Shown: positions 1 through 12,900 of the stretch, one piece after another | Layout: each line of letters opens with the position of its first letter | Numbering within the stretch: position 1 is the stretch's first letter | From: Azolla caroliniana | Lineage: Eukaryota > Plantae > Polypodiophyta | DNA: 64,000 nt | NCBI GenBank assembly: GCA_043228905.1 | Contig: JBHGNT010000005.1 | Location: 16,616,001-16,680,000, forward strand | Direction of reading: 5' to 3' | Made by a program: the position numbers and the translations under genes | The notes under the pieces: generated by a model | Databases searched by the model: none | What the model was told of the DNA's origin: nothing | The model's input: the letters and a program-made list of their open reading frames with translations, nothing else

Positions 1-589
1 AGATGGGTAGGCTCTTGCAGAGGGCATGCCAAGCAAATGGCTAGAGATATCAATAGCATTTCAATCAAGACTAATTTGAGGTTTATATACGGTTGTGCAA
101 TATGTAGGATGGAAGACTTACATTGCATCCATATTCAGCTGCATTTGGGCGAGCTTACCTCTGGCAGATTATGTGCATGCTGGAGCTCAGAGCCTCCCGC
201 CTTACCTGGCCACAACCAGCAAGTCTGTGTAGCAAAGTTCCATGAATCAGTTAGTGCCACAAAGAATACAGCTCCAGATTCTTTGTGCTACCTATGCAAT
301 TGATCTAGTTCATTAACCTTGCCACTTTTTGGCAAAGCAGAATATCCACTTTTGGATGATTCTCATCATGGACTAAAGCATACTTTGACCACAGTGAGGA
401 AAACCTTGAAACTTCAAAATGCTTCCAAGTGTAGAAACAGATTTCATCCATCCAATCAAAACTGTTAGTAATCACCTACTATTGAGGTACATGACCAAGT
501 CACATTGACATGTTAACATAAACCGTTGTAATATTTGTTAAGTCTCCCAGGCTACATGCTCTTTTAGAGACACTAATATCTTTCTTTCG

Positions 590-660
590 TGTTGGGCTTA
601 TAGGCCATTTTTGCATCTGGAAAGATGTTATTATGTCTTTCATTTCTTCGTTCTTTCTGT
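590..660 (+). mobile_element. 3' tip of intronic RTE-X-like LINE family
   Basis: CTTATAGGCCATTTTTGCATCT followed by a TTTC-rich tail matches the 3' ends at 6500 (-), 7900 (-) and 14010 (+). Confidence 0.55.
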
Positions 661-993
661 TTGTAGACACAGTGGTTCGGAAAGTAATTGGATGTTTTAA
701 TTAATATTCAAAATAGGTATTGCATATTTGTATATTATTACTGAATGTAATATCGACATGCCATAACCAATACAATAGTTAATATAACACTACAAATACA
801 GAAATAGGTGATATTACTGTTTGGGAAAGACATTGCATGTGTAAGGAAAAATATTTTTGGTTAGACGCTGGTAACTACCACTGTCTGGTTCAGGATACAC
901 TTTGTATTACATTATGAAGAATGCTTCATTAATAATGAATGCCCATGTTTATTCATTTTAGAACTTATACCCTACCTGCCTCTCTTGGAACAG

Positions 994-3900
994 AGATTGA
1001 TGAATACTATAGTGATGTCAAATATGACCGCATTGCAATCCTCAATGCTCTAGGAGCATACTACAGCAATCTTGGGAAAGTTGAAACAAAACAACGTGAG
1101 AGGGAAGAATATTTTATCCGAGCAACACAATACTATAATAAGGCATCTAGAATAGATCAGGATGAACCGACAACATTTGTTGGTAAAGGTTGGTATTCCA
1201 TTGTTGTATTATTCATAATAGACCCTGGAATGTTTCTGTTGTTTGTCAATTGTTCTACATTTCAGATTTCATATTATGTTTTTCCAGGACAGTTATTGTT
1301 GGCGAAGGGGGATCTTGATCAATCCTCGCATGTTTTTAAAATTGTGTTGGATGGTAGGCCAGATAATGTTCCTGCATTATTGGGTCAGGTAAATTTCTCA
1401 GTGCACATATGGCCTTGTTAAATTATCCTTTATCTGGTCGTATAATGAGATTAATTTGGTATTATGCACAGGCATGTGTTGAGTTCAATCGTGGACATTT
1501 TCAAGAATCTTTAGAGCTTTATAAGGTAGGCAGATTGTGCTAACAGTTTTGACATGGTATCCTTGTTGAAATGCCCTTGATTGCTATCATAACAGAGAGC
1601 ATTGCGTGCCCATCCACGTTGCCCACCTGCAGTAAGGCTTGGTTTAGGCATTTGCCGCTATCGTCTTGGACAAATGAAGAAAGCTCGGCAAGCTTTTGAG
1701 CGAGTATTGCAGGTATTGCGGCTGTGTTAATGTTTAACAAATAATTGCTGATAGGCATCAAATGCATCTTCTGTTATATGATATATTTGTCTCCATCGCT
1801 CTATTAGATAGCAGGATCTTACTGAATAGTTTGATCATAAAACCGTCTTCCTTAATAAATATCATCCTGTCTATTATTGCCTGCATGATAATCTCTCACA
1901 TAGGTCTCCAAAGCAAGGGAAGCACCTGTGATAGTGAGAGATAATGACCTTTATCTGTTGATGAGTTCGGGGCCTACGTGCATGGCAAATCTTCAGGATG
2001 GCCCATGAGGCCAGGGCCATCTTATAGTGAGGTTGGGGTGGTGAGGCCGGGACCTAAGTGCATGGCAAATTGCTATTGCCCAATCTACTGTAACCCCTTT
2101 TGCTATGTCCTGGTCAGGAGCCTATTTGTGTAGCCCTTGATTGACTTGCAGCATGAGTAGGAATAGTGGGCATAAAGAAAGATGTTAATATATCTTTCTA
2201 TGAAGGCAATGTAGATATCTGATAGGCATGAGCTTTTTGCTTGTTTTTATTTATTGTGATTTGATTTGTTCGTTACAATTAACTGGATTTAAATTCTTAT
2301 TGTGCATTTTGTGGTACCCCTATGGTCAAAATTTAAGCCTAGAATTTTGTGTGGTGGTGAAGGTATATACTTATAACTGTATTCCAACTTCAACGGATCA
2401 TATGTTAATCTAATCGGTTGTGGAGTCCATGACTCCAATGCCTTTCAGGTTTTGGGTTCCTGAACCTTTTCACACACATTTTAAGCACCATTTCGTTTTC
2501 TCATAGATTCAGCTGCATATGAAGAAATAAACATAGGATATCCAATACTTGTGTTCAATTCAGTCATCATCCCATTAAATTGGTTTTAAATTATAATCAT
2601 TAGTTCTGGATCTGAAAAATATATTCACTCTCCGTTTAGATTTCAGCTCTTTGCTCTCCTGATTGAAACCACAATTAGCAAATGTAAATATGTTACTTGC
2701 GTTGGTTCATGTGGCAGTTGGATCCCGAGAATGTCGAAGCTCTGGTAGCTCTGGGTGTGATGGATTTAAATACCAATGAACGTGAGTTTAATGCTGAACT
2801 TCATGCTTTGCGATTGTTGAGATGATTGATTTACTGACACTTCTGTACTTTATAATGCAGCTGAAGGGGTTCGGGAAGGGTTAGAGAAATTAGCAAAAGC
2901 TTATGAAATATATCCATTCTGTGCCATGGCATTGAATCATCTGGCAAACCATTACTTCTTCACAGGGCAACACGTTTTGGTGGAACAGCTTATGGAGGTT
3001 GCCTTGGCATCAACAGACAACTCGATTCTAAAATCTCATTCTTTTTACAATCTTGCAAGATCTTATCATGCAAAGGTTAGGCATGAATTAGAAGTGGTGT
3101 TTTTGTTTTCTTCCTGAATATGTTTGGTTTCGTATGCGATCCCAATAATTGATGTTTTTTCTAACATTTTTATGCTAAATTTGGACTGTCATAAAATTTA
3201 TATTGTTTACTTTCTGGTTTTATTAACAGACTAAGGTTTTCAATACCACTATTGGTACCGTGTTTGTATTGTAAAATGGGGATGCAAAATTAGGAAACTA
3301 GTTTTGGAAATAGAGGGTTGTATTGTGTTCACAAAGAAACAGGAACTATATTCACTATTTTGTACTCAGGGTGACTATGAGACAGCAGCACTTTATTACC
3401 GGGCATCAGTGAAGGAACTGAAGAGCCCAAAAGACTTTGTTCTACCTTTTTATGGTGAGTATGTGATGTTAGTCCCATGGATTTGGTTAAATTCTTGGTG
3501 ACATTCGATATTTGTGTTATTGGATCATAAAGTGGAAATGGAATCATGAGCATGTGTTTGAGTTGTTTTAATCTATTTAATCTGTTCCCTGAACTTGTAT
3601 TGAGACGTGTTGAGTGAACACGATACCCATCCATTTCATGATTGCGTCAGCAAGAAAAAGTCATATCTTTATGACTTTAGGCTCAGAATTATTAATTTAA
3701 TCAATAATGAGTAGTTTGTTTTATTTGCCTTTGAAGTTTTTCACTGTTTTTTGAAACTTACTACAGGCCTGGGCCAGGTTCAATTGAAGCTTAATGACCT
3801 AAAAAGTGCGATGTCAAACTTCGAAAAAGTGATGGAGGTTCAACCTGAGAGTTGTGAGTGTCTCAAGGTTAGTTTTACTGTTCTTGAAATTGAATTACTT

Positions 3901-6900
3901 GATACCATTTTGGATTACATGATGTATTTTATCTGGTGTTTCTTGGAAGGCTATAGGACATATACATTCTCAGCAAAGGAACCATGAAAAAGCTTTAGAA
4001 AATTTCAAGAAAGCAACCAGAATAAATCAACATGATGCTGAGGTATCATGAAGTTTCGCTATCTACTTATGATATATTATTCTAATTTCGCACTCTTGTA
4101 GTTCAGCAGCTCCATGAGATACCACAAAATGGGTTGCATATGGTAGTGTAAGCATATAATACATCCTGCTTAAAGACGTCCATTTCGTTAAAATGTGAAT
4201 ATTGTTGCACAATTAAGATTTTTTATTACTCTGAATTAAATATATGTATTTAAAACTTGTGAGAGGGTAGGCTCTGAAGAATGAAGCACATAGGGACTGG
4301 TTATGGGCTCTGGGGGGGCAGAAATGCAGATATGGAACTTAAAGGAGGCAAGGTATGGGAAGAAATAGCATGGGTAGAAGGGGAGGCTGGCCTTGGGGAG
4401 AAAACACTAAGGGATAGACCCTTTTAATTTTTCTAGTAATGACAATGGTAGAAAACACTCAGGGATGGACCCTTCAAGTTTTCTAGTGATGATTCAAGTA
4501 ATGACAACTCTTGGTTTCCTAGCCTCGTAAGGCAGAAATGACACTTGGTGAAAATCCAATGCAAGCTATCAGTCGGAAACCAAAGCTGAGAAAATGTGGC
4601 ACAGCCATGAACTTTCAATGGACCACATATGTCAGGCCGAAAAGCTCTGTAGATTTCAAAGGCAAAGCCATTAATGTTCACATACATGAATCCTTGAGCA
4701 AAGCTTTCTGTTAGCTCTTACATCACCACTTTCGAGGCAACATAGTTTGAACCTTGTGGAATGGCACCCTTGGCTGATGGAAGAGATTAATTCTCCACAT
4801 ATAGAGCTTTTGTTGTCATCTTGACATCACCTCAAAAGTTGATATCATTGAATGGCAAGGTCGAGTCTTGTAACGGTTGAGGATGACAAGGTTGGCCTTG
4901 TAATGGTTGAGGATGACAAAGTTGGCCTTGTAACGGTTCAGGATGTATCTCATTCTTCTCAACAATATTTATTTGGCATTTTCTACAAATCAGCAGAGAT
5001 ATAATATGTCCCATTGTTATTGTCTAAGTCCATATTGTAATTCAGAAGAACCATGGGTTCTCAGATTCAAAATGTTTCTGGAGGTCAATGCAAACGACAT
5101 GGATCTTAGTTGCTTTCTCAGCTTACTTGGATGCTTGATAAGGTGTCAAAGAAATGGGTAGTAAAAAGACGAAAGAGGTGGTGCAAGAAGTGTCAGGTGT
5201 AGGCTGACATTCCACATTCTGCTTATCCTGTCGTATATGTAAGAGGAGTAATATGAAAGAAATGGTCTGAGGTTCCATTTAAAAGAATGCACTGTTGGAT
5301 GGTGGATATAAGCATTTAAAAAATATTTGATTGATAGGGGATAATAAAGTTGATTTTAAATAACAACTATTTATGATTCATGATGACTTTGGCAAGATCC
5401 TGTACCAAAGTATTTATAATTATAGGATATTTCATGTAACATTGTTTCTAAAGTAATTGTGGTTTTTGAACCTGGAAGCTTCAAAATCAGTTCCTTTTTT
5501 ATATTTAAGGCATGGATAGAGATGGGGGAACTTCTAGTATCAACTGATATAAGTGGAGCTCTTGATGCATTTAAGATGGTATATTCTTTTTGAGCATTAC
5601 ATGTTCTCTCATTCTTTGTATGGTGGTTCATGAAATCTGGAATAAGATATCTGGAATTTTGATAGGCATTGAACTTGCTGAAAAAGAACCCTGCAAAAGT
5701 GTCAATCGAGCTACATAACAACATAGGCTTGCTACATTTTGAGCGAGGGGAATATGATGTAAGAGATTCCGAGCAGTTTTTCTTTCTTCTTAGCTTTTTG
5801 TTTAATTATGCATACTACTTTTGACATAATTATATATTATTTGTAGTTGGCTCAACAAGCTTTCAAAGAGGCATTAGGAGAAGGTGTATGGACTGATCTT
5901 GATGCTGTACTTCTTAAAAGCATGGACATATATGGGTTCTCTGGTTTTTCAAATGATTTTGCAGGCAATGATTTCTTCCATCGCTTCGAAGATCAAGGGA
6001 TTTCTCTAGATATACCTGCAGGGAAAGTTACAATTCTCTTCAATCAAGCAAGACTTTATGAACAAACCCATCAAATAGAGAAAGCGGCAGTTCTATATAA
6101 ATTGATTCTTTTCAAGGTTAAATTACAATTATCTTATGAGCTGTTTGCAGTAGCTTAGCCACTCACACAGATATAATTCCATTCCCCTCCCTTGTTATGC
6201 GTATGTATCCAGGAGAAGAATTTACAATGAACTACAAAGTTGCATTTTCTGAAGCGTTGTATTTGTTTGTGCAGTATCCAAACTATGTGGATGCATGCTT
6301 GCGACTTGCTGCACTTGCTCGAACAAGTAATAAAATGAGTGCATGTTTGGAGCTGGTAAGTAGGCATCAGTTATTTAAAGAGAGTTAATCTTGTTTTAAC
6401 TCAGGACACACCCCATAGTTGAGACTGAGTATAGAGCTAAAATTTATTACGTTAATTGCTCTTTGACTTGCAGTGGCCTGCAAGAATATCTGGACGAGAG
6501 AAAGAAAGAAATATTAATGTCTTTTAAGAGGCCAAAATGGCCTATAAGACCAAACTAGGGATTACATCTTAAGTGTTGTCTCGTCTTTGAGAACAAATCA
6601 AAATAAAATAAATATTACTTAGTAAATATAAAAGTAAATAAGATAAAAAGAGTCAAAAGAATCTGGTTTTTGGCACATGTGAGATTCTCTAGTTAGATAT
6701 ATTATAACTTTTGTCTTCGAAATATCTCTAGCATGGATCGACCCCAGAATGGAGAGGACTCCAAAGCAAGGGAAGCATGTGAAATTCTCAAGTTAGATAC
6801 ATTATAACTTTTTTCTTCGAAATATCTCTAGCATGGATTGATCCAGAGTGGAGAGGTCTTCGAAGCAAGGGAAGCACCTGTGATGGCAGGAGATAATGGC

Positions 6901-9900
6901 CTTTATTTGTCGATGTCAAGGATGTTGAGGTCGTGGTCTATGGGACCGGGGCCTACATGCATGACAAATTGTGATTGCCCAATCTATTGTAATCCCTTTG
7001 TTATGTCTTGGTCGGGTGCCCATTTGTGTATCACTTGATTGACTTGTAGCATTAGTAGGAGTGATGCGGCTAAAGAAAGTTGTGATTGTTCTTTGTGGAT
7101 GGTTTATGTGGTTGTATTATTGTCCTTCAACAACTTTTCCCTGTGTCTCTTGAGTTCTAGCAGGAATGTTCTAGGCACCATTGGTCCTCATATTCCATTA
7201 CCTTGCATAGCGAGCCAAGGCCTTGTTTAAAGAGGCAATGGTATCTCCCTGTGATTTCATAAAAGACACTACAGTGACAAACATAGTGTTCTTCGGATTC
7301 CATTTTGTGATGACACAATTGACAAATTCTTTCTTCTAGAGGTATTCATGTATATCTTCCTACCTCAATCTCTAACTGATTTGATGAAGTTCGCAGCTGC
7401 CCTATCATACTATGCAACACATACGATAGATGTATGTCCATATAAGGTGGCCTGATGATGAATCTATCCTCCGATGTGTGTAAAAAGTGTGAGTGGGCCA
7501 TCTTCGTACCTAAGTGATATTTTGGGGCTGATCCATGTTATCTTGTTTTCCAAGTTAATAATATCAGTTCGGATCACTCTATTCTTTTCAACTTTGGTCA
7601 TATTTAGATGGGGAGAGTCCAAGCTATATTGGAATGGGGATAGTGCATTTATACTTATGCCATGTGACTCGAACCATTGCTGCATTTCAGCATACCAACA
7701 ATGAATGTCTCTATTTTCAGCCAGTTGTCTTGATGACATGAGTGCCGGTACCTTCATTTAGGGAGCTCCCAAAGACGTTATATACAGTCTCTCGAGAGCA
7801 CCAAGGGCTGCATATCCACGAGAAAGTTGGGCACAAGCAGCCTCCCGTAAGGAGAACCTAGGCTCGCAGAGAAAACAGAGACGGAAAAAACAGCTAAAGA
7901 AGAAGAAAGAAGAAAGAAAGATATATTAACTTCTTTTAAGAGGCCAAAGTGGCCTATAAGACCAAACAAGAGATTACATCTTAAGCGTTGTCTCGTCTTT
8001 GAGCACAAATCAAAATAAAATAGATATTACACAGTAAATATAAAAGTAAATAAGATGAAAAGAAAAGAAACGAGGGAATCTGGTTTTTGGCACATGTGAG
8101 ATTCTCAAGTTAGATATATTGTAGCTTTGTCTTCGAAAGATCTCTGGCATAGGTCAGTCCAGAATGGAAATGTCTCCGAAGCGAGGGAAGCACCGACGAT
8201 GGCGGGAGATAATGGCTTTTATCTGTCGATGGCAAGGGTATCGAGTTCGTAGTCCATGGGGCCGGGGTCTACGTGCACAACAAATTGCTATTGCCCGATC
8301 AATTGTAACCCCTTTGTTATGTCTTGGTCTGGAGCCCATTTATGTATCCCATGATTGACTTTTAGCATCAATAGTAGGAGTGATGGGGCTAAGGAAAGTT
8401 GTGATTGTTCTTTTTGGATGAGATTGTATGGCTGTATTCTTCAACAACTTTTCCCGATGTCTCTTGAGCTCTAGCAAGAAAAGTCCTAGGCATCGTTGGT
8501 CCTCATATTCCGTTACCTTGCGTAGTGGGCCAAAGCCTTGTTTAAAGAGGCAATGATATCTCCCCCTGATTTCATAAAAGACACTACAATGACAAACATA
8601 GTGTTCTTCAGATTCCACTCCTTAATGACACAATTGACAAATTCTCTCTTCTAGAGGTAGTCGTGTATATCTGCCTACCTCAATCTGTAACTGATGTGAT
8701 GAAGTTCTTTGCTGCCCTATCACACTACGCAACGCATAGGATATATGTATGTCCATATAAGGTGGCCTGATGATGAATCCATCATCCGATGTGTGTAAGA
8801 AGTGTGTCTTATAGTGGGCCATCTTTGTACCAAGTGGTATTTTGGGGCTGATCCATGTTATCTTGTTTTCAAGTTAATAATATCAATTCGGATCACTCTA
8901 TTCTTTTCCACTTTGGTCATATTTAGATGGGGACAGTCCAAGCTATATTGGAACAGGGGTAGTGCATTTATACTCATGCCATGTGACCCGAACCATTGCT
9001 GCATTTCAGCATACCAACAATGAGTGTCTCCACTTTCAGCCAATTGTCTTGATGACATAAGTGCCAACCTTGGGTACCTTCGCTTAGGGAGCTCCCAAAG
9101 ATGTTGGATAAATGTCACTGATCGGAACAATGCCTCGGTTATTATAGGTGCTGCTCCCATCTCTGCCCGGATTATATCGTGGGGCACCGATGCTTTGCTC
9201 CTTATCATGCAAGAAATCATTGACACTAAAGCTCTCTCTAAATTTTTCCAATGATTTTCCTTGTTAAGACTCGGTCCCCATGTTTCTACTCCATAGAGAA
9301 GAGTTGGTGTGACAAGTGTATCAAATAACCACAACTTAGTTCGTGGCTCTTGGAACTACAGATGTGCACATTGTCTCTCGAGAGCACCAAGGGCTGCATA
9401 TCCACGAGAAACTCGGGCACAAGCAACCACCTGTAAGGAGAACCTAGGCCCTGTAAATGTTATTCCTAGGTATGCGTAAGAATGTGTGTATTCCACCTTT
9501 TCCTCTCCCAAGAAGAATTCTGGTTCTGATCTTGTTACCCATGCTTGAGTGGTGTTAAACACCATCACTTTAGTTTTATCCATGTTGATTGACAAACCTT
9601 TGTTTGTACAAAATAGTTTTAATGCATTTAGATGTCTTTGTAGTTCCTCCGGAGAGTCAGAAATCAGCACAATAGCATCAGCATATAGTAATATTGGTAG
9701 GCGTGCTCCCGAACCCCCGAATCTCTCTATGTAATGTGATACCTCATCTATATAGAGACCGAAGAGAGTGGGTGATAGTGGGCATCCTTGCTTCACTCCA
9801 ATTGTGCTAGCAACCGCCTCGGACAAGCCCTTGAAGACCGCACTTTTCTTGACACGGATTCATAGAGTGCATAGATTCCCCATTGCATATTTGTAGGAAC

Positions 9901-12900
9901 ACCATGGGCTTCTAGCCGATGCATTAGCTGAGCGCATGGCACAGTGTCGAAGGCTTTTCGGAAATCCACAAAGCAGCAATAAATCTTCGCCCACTTGAAT
10001 CAACCTTTTTTACTCCACAAAATGTAAGAAATGCCAGTGATCGGCTACAATTTGGGAAGGCCTCAGCATACCAACAATGAGTGTCTCCATTTTCAGCTAG
10101 TTGTTTGATGACATAAATGCCAACCTTGGGTACCTTCGTTTAGGTAGCTCCCAAAGACGTTGGATAAATGTCACTAATCGGAACAATGCCTCGATTATTA
10201 TAGGTGCTGCTCCCATCTCTGCCCGGATATATCGTGGGTTACCGATGCTTTGCTCCTTATCATGCGAGCAATCATTGACACCAAAGGTCTCTCTAAATCT
10301 TTCCAATGATTTGCCTTGTTAAGACTCAGTCCCCATGTTTCTACTCCATAGAGAAGAGTTGGTGTGACAAGTGTATCAAATAACCATAGCTTAGTCCGTG
10401 GCTCTTGGAACTACAGATGTGCACATTGTCTCTCGAGAGCACCAAGGGCTGCATATCCACGAGAAAGTCGGGCACAAGCAGTCTCCTGTAAGGAGAACCT
10501 AGGTCCTGTAAATGTTAGTCCTAGGTATGTGTAGGAGCGTGTGTATTCCACCTTTTCCTCTCCCAAGAAGAATTCTGGTTCTGATCTTGTTGCCCATGCT
10601 TGAGTGGTGTTAAACACCATCACTTTAGTTTTGTCCATGTTGATTGACAAACCTTTGTCTGTACAAAATAGTTTTAAGGCATTTAGATGTCTTTGTAGTT
10701 CCTCCGGAGAGTCAGAAATCAGCACACTGTCATCAGCATATAGTAATATTGGTATAGCTATACCTGCTAGGTGTGCTCCAGAACCGCCGAATTTCTCTAT
10801 GTAATGTGATACCTCATCTATATAGAGACCGAATAGAGTAGGGGATAGTGGGCATCCTTGCTTCAGAGAAATCACCTAGATCTGGTAGTAATGATCCCCC
10901 CTTGTGATAAAACAACCCATGTAAACAGTATCACAGAAATAGTGATAGATACGCTTGACTTCTTGCCAATGCTTGACACCTGGAATATGCATAAACCAGC
11001 TCATTTGCGAGACTGAAAATTGAATATCAGGCCGAGTGATGCACAAATAAATCAAGCATCCAACAACCTGCTGATAGAGAACAACATCAAATGCATCACC
11101 AATATTATGAATTGTCAATTGCAAGCCCGTTTCCATAGGTGTGGCAATAGGTTTACAATTTCAAACCCAAAGTGCTGCAATAATATGTCAATATAATTAG
11201 TTTGAGATAGAGCTATTCCACTATCAACCTGTTTGAACTGATTGCCCAAATAATGGTGTAAATGCCCCAAATCTGACATCTCAAAAGAGTCATGTAATTC
11301 AGCAGATGAATGAAGGGGGCTTGCAGAAGGAATTGGCGTGATCAATGTGCAGAAAATGAATTGAACTGACAGTGCGCAGAGAAGAAAATGTGAACCTTGA
11401 TTGCATGCTGTCTGCTGATGGTGATCTGGCTGATTTGTTGAGAATGCCAGCCTGTGCTGATACCAATGTTAGTCACAAACGTTTTGCTGGGATGCCTTGT
11501 GTAGAGAAAGCAGAGAGGGAAAAAACAGAAAAAGGAAATGTAACTCCTGTTCTAATGTTAGGTGATACAAAAATAATATATTGTAGGCTAGGGTAAAGAA
11601 CCTTAGTGAGGGAAAAAGACCATAGCAACCTATGTGTCCATAAACGTCACTACCACAACATATCAACATTATAGCCTTGGAATATAGTACAGGAATGTAA
11701 TCTTTGTTGAGAAGAATCAGGTATCTGATAACCTACATGTGTGCTGCCAGATTTCTGATGCAATCAGGATGGATGAGAACAATTTGGATGCTTTATCTTT
11801 TCGGGGAAATGTAGAATTGAAGGCAGATGACTGGCTGAAGGCTAAGGAGACCTTCAAATTAGTTCAACAGCAAACAGATGGCAAAGATGCTTATTCCTTG
11901 CTAGCTTTGGTAACGAAGCATCAAAATTTAAAGCTCTTTGGTTATAGATTACATTGTTATATATCTGCCAATTTATTATACAGGGAAATTGGAATTACTA
12001 TGCAGCTGGGAGAGGTGAGAAGCGGGATTCTAAACTAGAAGCGACTCATTTGGAGAAAGCAAGGGAGCTGTTTCATAAGGTACTTTACTGGAGAAATGGT
12101 AAAAGTGGAGGGTAATGCTTGTAAGGAAGTTTTGCAATGAAATATTTTAAAAACACCAAATTGGAAGTCGAATTCAAAACAGTGACCTAAATGGAATAAA
12201 TGGGAAGGAAATATTTAATGACATACAATCAACTGGTGTTAACCTTAACCATCAAGTGATCTGTTTAGAAAGTACAATATAATGCAGATTAATGTTTGTA
12301 TAACTTGAGAAAAAGTTATGTCATGATTCAGTCATGCACCATAAGTTCAAGATAAGATACATCCTTATGAGGATTACCAACTAACTTAGAACAAATATCA
12401 TGTTATGTTTTCTTCTATTTTGCTAACATTAAGCAATTTATATGGTTGAAGGCTTTGTCACAAAACCCAAACAATATGTATGCAGCAAATGGTATTGGTA
12501 TGGTGCTAGCAGAAAAGGGTCAATTTGACATGGCAAAAGAGATATTCACACAGGTACTGGTGCTACATACACACATGATAACAGAAAAAGAGCCTCCATT
12601 CTGTAACTCATAAGTGACTGTCTACTGAACTGCGACTTGAATTTACAATTTATAGGTGCAAGAAGCAGCAGCAGGTAACATAACTGTTGAGATACCTGAT
12701 GTATGGGTGAACTTGGCACATGTTTATCTAGGTCAAGGCCAGTTTGCATTGGCAGTAAAAATGGTAAGATATTGCTTTTCTCTTCTGAATCTGGAAAGAA
12801 AGTTCAGTGCATGTGTATATCATACAATCTCTTTCCTTGGCTGATAAGATGATATCCAGATTTGCATATCACTGTGTACACTGGAAGTAACTGTTCTTCA

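Noticed and set aside
1-560. 88-aa ORF and coding-like composition at the window start
   Set aside because: Lies in a CTR9 intron; no recognisable motif or CTR9 peptide.
4430-5200. Degenerate minus-strand frame containing DICGP (integrase-like)
   Set aside because: No other integrase motifs and several stops; probably an old TE fragment that I cannot classify.
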